DNA of 64,000 nt. Origin: Nitrospira sp. Its GTDB lineage: Bacteria; Nitrospirota; Nitrospiria; Nitrospirales; UBA8639. This document shows positions 57,330 through 64,000 of this stretch, one piece after another. Where the stretch lies: contig CP058931.1 of NCBI GenBank assembly GCA_024760505.1, positions 352,136 through 416,135 of the forward strand. The letters are read 5' to 3'. A program made the translations under genes and the position numbers. The notes below the pieces were generated by a model that did no database searches, was not told the DNA's origin, and saw only the letters and a program-made list of their open reading frames with translations. Positions within the stretch are counted from its first letter, which is position 1; each line of letters opens with the position of its first letter.

Positions 57330-58360
57330 AGACGTCGCCAACCAACAAGAAGGTTCGTGAGATAATCAGCATGGTTAAGGAGGGTAAACTGATCCCAAGG
57401 CCGGAGTTTCAGAGGCGTCTCGTATGGACACACAAGGATAAGGATCACTTTCTCGACACCATCCTGCGAGGTTACCCTTTCCCTGAGATTTATCTTGCTG
57501 ACGGTGACGTCGACTTGGAATCAGGCGAGGGAACCCAGCTACTCGTGGATGGCCTTCAACGAGTCAACACCATGCTGGAGTACTTCGACGCTAGTCCAAA
57601 TCTTAGACTTCTCACGGTGACTCCGTACAGAGAGCTTCAAGAGAAGCAGAAACGAGGTTTCCTTCAATACGACATAGCTGTGCGAGACTTGGGCAGCGTT
57701 CATCGCGACGAGATCGTGGAGGTGTTCCGCCGAATCAATGCAACCAAGTACTCTCTACTGGATATCGAAGTCAATAACGCCGTATATATGGGAGAACTCA
57801 AGCAGTACGCAGAAATGCTCGCGGCCGATCCTTTTTTTATAGAAAATGATGTGTTCAATGCGCAGGATCTTAAGCGGATGGGTGACCTTCGATATGCTCT
57901 CACTCTTGTAATTACCTTCCTGCGCGGGTATTTCAACAGGGACGATGCCTTTGGTGAACTCCTTGACCGCTTCAATGATGAATTCCCTCTGAAAGAAGAG
58001 ATTGAACAACGGTTCAGGCGCTGTTTTGATCTTATAACGGAATGTGGCTTTCTACCTCGATACCGTCTTTGGAAGAAAGCCGATTTGTTCACTGTAATCG
58101 TGGAACTTGACATACTTTTCAGAGAAGATATTCCGGTGCCAGAACCATCTGAGCTGCTTGAACTGCTTACGACGTTCTATGACAGAATTGGAACGGCGAG
58201 TTTAGATACAGGCGTTCCGGGCATCTACTACAAGGCAGCTATCCAGGCAACTAACGACAAAGTCAACCGACTGCGCAGAGGTATCATAATTGCTGGCATT
58301 CTACGACGTGAAGGCGACGACGCAATTATGAATGCACTTAGGCAGCAAGGCTTGGTTTAA
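57326..58360 (+). CDS. DUF262 (ParB-like nuclease/NTPase, GmrSD N-terminal type) domain protein
   Basis: KLIPRPEFQRRLVWTHKDKDHFLDTILRGYPFPEIYLADG is the hallmark DUF262 N-terminal motif. 344 aa, with no DUF1524/HNH domain. AGGAG RBS. Confidence 0.8.
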   Translation: MKTSPTNKKVREIISMVKEGKLIPRPEFQRRLVWTHKDKDHFLDTILRGYPFPEIYLADGDVDLESGEGTQLLVDGLQRVNTMLEYFDASPNLRLLTVTPYRELQEKQKRGFLQYDIAVRDLGSVHRDEIVEVFRRINATKYSLLDIEVNNAVYMGELKQYAEMLAADPFFIENDVFNAQDLKRMGDLRYALTLVITFLRGYFNRDDAFGELLDRFNDEFPLKEEIEQRFRRCFDLITECGFLPRYRLWKKADLFTVIVELDILFREDIPVPEPSELLELLTTFYDRIGTASLDTGVPGIYYKAAIQATNDKVNRLRRGIIIAGILRREGDDAIMNALRQQGLV

Positions 58361-58563
58361 CAGGTTTTTGAAGCAATGATGAGGGAAACATTGTTCCGCC
58401 GACCGCCGGCGGCGGACGGGTGCTGACGGCGTTGGCGGTGTCGTGCTTGCTCGAAGTGCTGGAAAGTTTTAGATGAGGGGACAGCGGATGCTGGGCCAGT
58501 GGGCATGATGGGGCTGTGACCGCTCAATGTGGGCGAGAGTGCGCATGAGGAACGGTCGGCGGA

Positions 58564-58670
58564 ACGGAGTCCGCGGCTGGGGCCGCGCGTTCCCAGCCGC
58601 CTGCGGCGGCGGAACACGCAGCTCGAATCGACGGGCCAGCGGCCCGCCACTCAGCAGCCGCGGACTCCGT
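58564..58670. repeat. 16-bp perfect inverted repeat separated by 75 nt inside a GC-rich block
   Basis: ACGGAGTCCGCGGCTG (58564-58579) and its exact reverse complement CAGCCGCGGACTCCGT (58655-58670). Confidence 0.6.
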
Positions 58671-58756
58671 CGGCAGGGTAAGTCCTTGCGTAATTTTTGA
58701 CATCCGCGCCCGAAATTCGGTGGAACCCGATCGGGTGTTCCGAGTAGACTTCTTGC

Positions 58757-58957
58757 ATGAACACCATGCCACAGACTGCTGAGATAAAACGGGCGTTTCT
58801 CGAAGGAGACGCCTCCTACAACGGGCTGTTCTTCCTCGGCGTTCGCACGACCGGAATCTATTGCCGACCGACATGTCCGGCGCGGAAGCCGTTGCGGACG
58901 AGCGTTGAGTACTTCCCGACCGCACGTGCCGCCCGCCAAGGGCCGCCGCCCTGCTGA
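58757..58957 (+). pseudogene. Fragment of an Ada-type methylphosphotriester-DNA methyltransferase N-terminal Zn domain
   Basis: FLEGDASYNGLFFLGVRTTGIYCRPTCPARKPLRTSVEYFPTARAA matches the Ada_Zn_binding pattern (GIYCRPSCPAR...). The ORF stops after 66 aa, before the CxxC and any HTH or methyltransferase domain. It is embedded in a block much richer in GC than its surroundings. Confidence 0.55.
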
Positions 58958-59578
58958 TCGACCGGTGCAGGCGCCGGTCTCACCACGCGCTGCATCTGAC
59001 CGATGGGCCTTGGACGCTTTCCGAGGTTCGAAGCTCCTCCAGCACCCGCCGGCAGATGAGTATTTTCTTTAGGTATGAAATCGAAACCACGTGGTGAGAG
59101 GGAACCTGGGGAATTAGGGCCAGACTCGAATTTTCACGAAAATTTTCCTTTGGGAATTAATTGACTCCGCCCACAACTATTTCGGATGCCTGCAGCCAAC
59201 CCGAGACTGAGGATCTTGCGGTTATTATTGATTCGGAGTACCTTTCTCCAGCCAACCTTATGAAGGGACTTATGGTCCAAGGGATGCTTGGGTATGCTAG
59301 TGGCCTTATTGACTCCTTCCTTCTGTCTCTTCACTCCCTTCGGGCGGTACCGCCACGGGTGTGATCCTCCGGGTTTACCAACTCTAACTTCCCTCCCTCA
59401 CGTCGGCCTCCTTGGCGAGCTACGTTCTTTTGTTCCCAATTCAAAAATTTCGGAATTTTCATGTTTTTCACATCGGCTTAGGGACATTGAACCTTTTGAT
59501 AATCCCCTACGACCCACCCACCAGACAGTCAGGCTCTCCTGAGTTTCCAGACATAAGATTCAGGAAGGAAAGGCAAAG

Positions 59579-60637
59579 ATGAACTCCCAATCGTCTCGTT
59601 CATTATCTGCTCCCAAGAAAGAACAGCCGAATACATGCACCCCCTGGAACCCTTACCGTCACGGGTGTGATCCCCCGGTTTCCCAAATAAACCCTCCTCA
59701 CCTTTTCCCCAACATCACCGCCATTATTTTCACGACCCTTCTCAATTTTGCGTTACTTTCCTTTTCGGCCTTTTCATCCAGTGCCGCCGAAGAACCGGAC
59801 ACGTCAACGCTGGCAAACGATACGCTGACTCCTCTGTTGATTCAATTGAACCAAGCTCTGCATTTTGCTGCCCCCAATGGGCAAAGCGTTGCCGTCTTGC
59901 CGGGCATGTATCTCGTCGAACCCAGCCTCATGAAGGAACCCCAACTGGTTCTTTGGCACGAACACGGGACCGTCACACTCCAAGCCACTCGAACCACACA
60001 CGACCAACCGGTGAAGACTCCGGAAGCGTATTTGATCCAGGAGAATGCCCACAAAGACATGCACCATGTCGTCGTATTTCTACCTCATGGCCTCGCTCTT
60101 GAGGCCATCGGTTCTGTCAGCGGGATTCAGACCAGAGGAAACTTCCGTGTCACTAAGCATTACCAACTCGATGCAGCCACGGGAGTCGTCCGGTTTGGCG
60201 ACGGGCAACAGGGCCGCCGGCTTCCAACAAGTCAACCGAATATTTCCACACAATATCGTGAGGGATCGGGTAGTCAGGGTGGGACTGAATTAAACATGTT
60301 TAAGTTGCAGTCTGCGATCTCTAATCGCCAAATGGCGTTACAGGTAACTACAGCATTCCTCAACAAACTACAAGGACAATTCCAATTTGAGGAAGGTACC
60401 GACCGGCCAGGCAATGACTATGCCCGGCACATGGAAGATAGTCCAGAATCCTGCCGGACGCGTTGCGCAGGAGATGGCAATTGCCAGGCTTTCACCTTCG
60501 TGAAGCCAAATTCAGGTTCTGCTCAAGGACAATGTTTTTTGAAGCGCTCCGAACCCCAGCCGGTGGCGAATCCTTGCTGCGCGTCCGGAACCCGCAGTTC
60601 CACACAGGATAAGATCATTCAAAATATCGGACGCTGA
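59579..60637 (+). CDS. Membrane-anchored/secreted protein: one copy of the ~105-aa module plus a C-terminal PAN/Apple-like domain
   Basis: TM ITAIIFTTLLNFALLSFSAF. Module at nt 59828-60139 ends in GSVSGIQTRG. PAN-like Cys pattern CRTRCAGDGNCQAFTFVKPNSGSAQGQCFLKRS...CC at nt 60380-60583. Confidence 0.65.
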   Translation: MNSQSSRSLSAPKKEQPNTCTPWNPYRHGCDPPVSQINPPHLFPNITAIIFTTLLNFALLSFSAFSSSAAEEPDTSTLANDTLTPLLIQLNQALHFAAPNGQSVAVLPGMYLVEPSLMKEPQLVLWHEHGTVTLQATRTTHDQPVKTPEAYLIQENAHKDMHHVVVFLPHGLALEAIGSVSGIQTRGNFRVTKHYQLDAATGVVRFGDGQQGRRLPTSQPNISTQYREGSGSQGGTELNMFKLQSAISNRQMALQVTTAFLNKLQGQFQFEEGTDRPGNDYARHMEDSPESCRTRCAGDGNCQAFTFVKPNSGSAQGQCFLKRSEPQPVANPCCASGTRSSTQDKIIQNIGR

Positions 60638-60702
60638 GGTATCGAAAAGTTTCGGTTCGCTTCAACGACCACAGCAAGAGAGAAGGGAATGAGGCCACCA
60701 TC

Positions 60703-61380
60703 ATGAAACAGAGGCAAGTCATATCAGTCATTCTCACCCTCTGTCTTTTGCTAATGGCCTGTGCGGTTTCGGCATCCTCCCATCCGCCGGTTCAGGCGAA
60801 ATCTTCCGGGGAATTATCCGTCCTCCAACTGGAAAAGCTCGTACGTTTTCTCAACAGCGATGGTCTGCCTTTGAACGTTCTATCTGAAACTTATCAGGTG
60901 ACCACCCCATCACCGGACACACTTCAACTGACTTCCACAGCAACAGGAAAAGTGCAGAACCTTCATGCCGCGGCAATCACCCACACAGAATCGGTGAGAG
61001 CCCCTTACCCGTTCCTCATTATTGAGAAAGCCGGGGAACAGGCCCACGTGCACCTGATCCTCCTGCTTCCCAATGGCCAGGGATTAGATGCAGAAGGTCG
61101 CCTAGAGCACACTCAAAGCCGGGGGGTCAGGGACACGAAAAAATTTACTTTCACTCCAACACGGCAATATACCGGGGTGATTATGCAGCAAGGTCGAGTA
61201 ACCACGGATACCGATTTCAATGAACAGGAGTCCGTTGCTTCATCGGACGCGTCCGGACCTTATTCACGGGTCGTCCCTTCCCAGGGACAGGTAACGCTGG
61301 AACAAGGACGTATCCAACTCGATGAAGAGGCTCGCCAAACCTTGCTCCGGAGGTGCCGGTTTTGTGCAGGAAAACAATAG
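60703..61380 (+). CDS. Lipoprotein with one copy of the ~105-aa module
   Basis: Lipobox LLLMAC. Module at nt 60814-61125 (VLQLEKLVRFLNSDGLPLNVLSETYQV...HVHLILLLPNGQGLDAEGRLEHTQSRG). Confidence 0.65.
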   Translation: MKQRQVISVILTLCLLLMACAVSASSHPPVQAKSSGELSVLQLEKLVRFLNSDGLPLNVLSETYQVTTPSPDTLQLTSTATGKVQNLHAAAITHTESVRAPYPFLIIEKAGEQAHVHLILLLPNGQGLDAEGRLEHTQSRGVRDTKKFTFTPTRQYTGVIMQQGRVTTDTDFNEQESVASSDASGPYSRVVPSQGQVTLEQGRIQLDEEARQTLLRRCRFCAGKQ

Positions 61381-61413
61381 AAGGAGAACCATCACATTCA
61401 CAGACGGTAGGAG

Positions 61414-62199
61414 ATGAATATGTCATATCGTGAAATGAGCATTCGAAAGAGAATTTGCGGGCTTGTGCTTGGAGGAGTTCTTGGACTTCTCCCCGTTTCA
61501 ACCAACGCTGAACAACCCTCCATAACACCGTCAGATCCCGCCTTTCAGCAGGCCGTGGAGGAAATGGTGGAACAGTACATTCGTACTCATCCCGAGGTCA
61601 TCGAACAAACTCTACAAACCTTACAAACCAAGCGTGAAGCCGAGGAAAGGGAACGGGTCCGCAACCTGATCACGACCAAACAGGACGATCTGCTGAACGA
61701 CCCAAATTCTCCAGTGAGCGGCAATCTCAACGGGGATATCTCCATCGTAGAGTTCTTCGACTACCGGTGCGGGTACTGCAAGCGCGTGGCCGGAGCGGTG
61801 ACCCAGCTTCAAAAGGATGATCCAAAGGTACGGGTAATCTACAAAGATTTTCCCATTCTGGGAGAAACCTCAGTATTCGCCGCGAGCGCGGCCTTAGCCT
61901 CAAAAGCCCAAGGCAAACATGAGGCCTTTCATGAAGCCTTGCTGGCCTCTCAGCATGAACTGACTCAGGAGAACATCTTCACGATTGCGGCAGCCGTCGG
62001 ATTGGATACTGAACGGCTTACCGCAGATATGCAGGCCCCAACCATCCAGGCGACCATCGACCGCAATCGGAAGCTCGCCAGAGAGTTGGGTATCAACGGC
62101 ACTCCGGGTTTCATCATCGGGACAGAACTGATACCGGGCGCGCTGGAGCTGAAAGATCTCAAAATGCTGGTCAGGCAGGTTCGGGATGAAAAGAGATAA
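61414..62199 (+). CDS. DsbA-family thiol:disulfide oxidoreductase (periplasmic)
   Basis: Signal peptide, thioredoxin-fold active site FFDYRCGYCKR (CxxC), and C-terminal GINGTPGFIIG typical of DsbA/DsbG-like proteins. Confidence 0.85.
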   Translation: MNMSYREMSIRKRICGLVLGGVLGLLPVSTNAEQPSITPSDPAFQQAVEEMVEQYIRTHPEVIEQTLQTLQTKREAEERERVRNLITTKQDDLLNDPNSPVSGNLNGDISIVEFFDYRCGYCKRVAGAVTQLQKDDPKVRVIYKDFPILGETSVFAASAALASKAQGKHEAFHEALLASQHELTQENIFTIAAAVGLDTERLTADMQAPTIQATIDRNRKLARELGINGTPGFIIGTELIPGALELKDLKMLVRQVRDEKR

Positions 62200-62313
62200 G
62201 AGATGCGAGGCAACAAGCAGAACATCTCTGAGGAGGATGAGGGCCGTGTTGCAGAAAGAACAATCAAATAGATTTCAAAAACCCATCACAGAAATTTTCA
62301 AAGGAGGGCAATC

Positions 62314-62736
62314 ATGACACCTGTTACCCAAACTCACATGTGGATGAGAGGTCGCATGGTCCTGGGTGTGTGTGCGGGACTGATCCTGGTGTTGACATGG
62401 GTTGAGGTAAGCCTGGCTAAACCCAAAGGGACCATTTACAAACAATGCGCCTGCATTTGTCAGGCCCCTGGAGACATCATTGGCGTGATCACGGATATTT
62501 CCAACACTGGTGGGTTTTCCTGTGGAGCCTATAACGGGAAAACCTGCAACTATTCAGATCCCGCGACCGGTGGCGTGAGAAGTGGCACGACGAAATATTG
62601 CGGTCCTTATAAGCCAGGCGGGACCGTCATCTTTAGGACGCCCCTTAGCGGAATCACAGGTTCCGTATTAAGCCGTGGCATTGAAGGCGAACAGCCGGAG
62701 GAATTAGACATCGAAATCACCGTGCCAGCTGAATGA
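62314..62736 (+). CDS. Cys-rich secreted hypothetical protein
   Basis: TM/signal VLGVCAGLILVLTWVEVSLA followed by six further Cys (CACIC, SCG, TCN, YCG). Lies downstream of dsbA. Confidence 0.5.
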   Translation: MTPVTQTHMWMRGRMVLGVCAGLILVLTWVEVSLAKPKGTIYKQCACICQAPGDIIGVITDISNTGGFSCGAYNGKTCNYSDPATGGVRSGTTKYCGPYKPGGTVIFRTPLSGITGSVLSRGIEGEQPEELDIEITVPAE

Positions 62737-63014
62737 ATTTTTCTAAGGTCAAAGAGGAGAGTGTTCACACAGCCACTGCTTTGGGAGGAGGAGGCCAGGT
62801 GCAAAAATATCATCCGCAGGATTGCGGAATGTTCGAAGTCTGCATCGGAGGATGCTCTACTCTCTTTCACACCGATGCGACACAAATCCAAGGGTGGGAG
62901 AAATTCAGAGTAATCGATCAGGGCAACTGTACCTATGCGAATCAAACTGCCGGCGGATTTTTTGTGGAAATCTACAAGGATTTATCAGCGTACACGTTGC
63001 TCGCCATTCGTTGA
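62733..63014 (+). CDS. Hypothetical small Cys-containing protein, translationally coupled
   Basis: ATGA overlap with the preceding stop. 93 aa with 4 Cys. No family recognised. Confidence 0.4.
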   Translation: MNFSKVKEESVHTATALGGGGQVQKYHPQDCGMFEVCIGGCSTLFHTDATQIQGWEKFRVIDQGNCTYANQTAGGFFVEIYKDLSAYTLLAIR

Positions 63015-63153
63015 GATGGAGCATCCACTGAGAATGAGAAGTTCCATTTGGTCGCCCAGGATTGGGATCACCGGCAATTCTACAGTAAATGACCCAGTCC
63101 GGATGAAGAAGGAGAGACTTACGGGACAGTCAGCAATATGGGGTACCACCACA

Positions 63154-63726
63154 ATGAAAATAGTCTTCACGGTTTTGATCATGGGATTGTTGGTGTTCTT
63201 CGGTGGAAGACATGTCAGTACGGCAGAAGAAGGAACGCCCAGAGAGCAGCCTGGTGTTAGTTCTTCCCTGGAAAATGGACCCTCGGCACCGGAACCGGCT
63301 GAGCAACCGGGGGGAGAAATCCAGGAGCGGGGACTGACGAAAGGGACCTTGCAGAAAATGCCGCGGGGAACGAAGGTCAAGCCGCCACCAAACCAGCCGG
63401 GGGGGAATCTTCCAGCCAATTTGTGCCATCAAGAAACCCACATGATGACACAATGCCGCTGCTTCAATAATGCGGACTGTCAGGTGCTGTCGAACCTCTG
63501 TCCCGGCTCATGCCCGGTGGGAAGTCAGACTTGTCAGTGTACTCCCTTGTTCCGGGGCACCCCTCCCCCCCTGCCACAAAATCTTTGCGGAGATCAGGTC
63601 CCCTTCACTATTACGAAGTGTTCATGCAACAACGACAAAGATTGTCAGGTGCTGTCATCTATCTGCCCGGGCTCCTGCCCGGTCGGAAGTCAGAGCTGTC
63701 AATGCAATCCCTTACAAAGACGATAG
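63154..63726 (+). CDS. Secreted protein with two internal Cys-rich repeats
   Basis: I prefer the start MKIVFTVLIMGLLVFFGG (signal) at 63154. Repeats are CRCFNNADCQVLSNLCPGSCPVGSQTCQCTPL and CSCNNDKDCQVLSSICPGSCPVGSQSCQCNPL. Confidence 0.6.
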   Translation: MKIVFTVLIMGLLVFFGGRHVSTAEEGTPREQPGVSSSLENGPSAPEPAEQPGGEIQERGLTKGTLQKMPRGTKVKPPPNQPGGNLPANLCHQETHMMTQCRCFNNADCQVLSNLCPGSCPVGSQTCQCTPLFRGTPPPLPQNLCGDQVPFTITKCSCNNDKDCQVLSSICPGSCPVGSQSCQCNPLQRR

Positions 63727-63921
63727 AAATTTCTTTCAAGAAGCGGGACAAAAGAAACCATGGGAAAGCCGAGCAGGACCGCCAAATTAGGTTGCAAAAT
63801 AAGAACTAGGCAGGTACCCGATGCCAGAACGGATAAACCGCGAACGAATTTCGTTCGACCCACCATCATAGAGCCACATAATTTTCTTTCATAATAAATC
63901 CTTATTTCACGGAGGGACATC

Positions 63922-64000
63922 ATGACCAATGTGAGACAAAGAATTCAGCAAATGAGCATTGGAGGGGCGTTGTGTTTGAGAGTTCTCGTTTTCCACTCGG
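63922..64000 (+). CDS. 5' end of a CDS running off the window (hypothetical)
   Basis: GGAGGG RBS, then ATG and a signal-like start MTNVRQRIQQMSIGGALCLRVLVF. Only 26 codons are visible. Confidence 0.3.
   Translation, partial: MTNVRQRIQQMSIGGALCLRVLVFHS

Noticed and set aside
58357-58939. Several 97-156-aa minus-strand ORFs in the GC-rich block.
   Set aside because: High GC suppresses stop codons. The translations are Arg/Pro/Ala-rich with no motifs and overlap one another in different frames.
59018-59036. GGTTCGAAGCTCC, resembling a tRNA T-loop.
   Set aside because: The flanking bases cannot form a T-stem, and no acceptor, D or anticodon arms can be drawn. Not a tRNA.
1-64000. Scan for CRISPR arrays, rRNA and tRNA genes.
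   Set aside because: No regularly spaced 25-40-bp direct repeats, no rRNA-like conserved stretches, and no cloverleaf-compatible sequences were seen in the intergenic regions.

Overview
This 64 kb window looks like chromosome from a Nitrospira-like nitrite oxidiser. That call is inferred from a periplasmic-type NxrA/NxrB pair next to a CydA-like 'cytochrome bd-like' oxidase and several sigma-54 enhancer-binding proteins. No rRNA, tRNA or CRISPR array was seen.

Gene content from left to right:
- **832-6934:** a cupredoxin-like protein and a giant 1632-aa multicopper oxidase, preceded by a candidate -24/-12 promoter.
- **7349-12009:** an EmrAB/NodT-type tripartite efflux operon whose first gene overlaps the stop of a truncated formate/nitrite-transporter remnant.
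- **12276-21630:** the nxr locus, in the order bd-like oxidase, small TM ORF, nxrA, CheY-like receiver, nxrB, Zn-ribbon ORF. A divergent transaldolase-like gene sits upstream.
- **21841-33284:** three sigma-54 activators (two GAF-type, one PAS-type), an FNR-like reductase, two tandemly duplicated small secreted coiled-coil proteins, and a Zn-ribbon / pseudo-receiver / receiver operon.
- **33621-38521:** a betaine-type ABC importer next to egtD and a class-V PLP enzyme, with no egtB.
- **38606-46962:** a caspase(C14)-DUF4384 protein divergent from an ECF sigma/anti-sigma pair and three tandem paralogous proteins (two with lipoboxes) that have long Y/G/Q/N/P-rich regions and DUF4384 C-termini. 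This is my best candidate for an undescribed system.
- **46983-48900:** a SIR2_2-like gene and IS3 remnants.
- **49061-52970:** opgG, a small coupled ORF, and opgH.
- **53304-61380:** secreted proteins sharing an unannotated ~105-aa module. The cluster is interrupted at 55116-59578 by an accessory insert carrying a RelE/ParE toxin-antitoxin pair flanked by ~260-bp direct repeats, a nucleotidyltransferase-like + DUF262 pair, and a GC-rich block with an Ada fragment.
- **61414-63726:** DsbA with Cys-rich secreted proteins.

All calls come from reading the translations and DNA by eye. No database searches were run.
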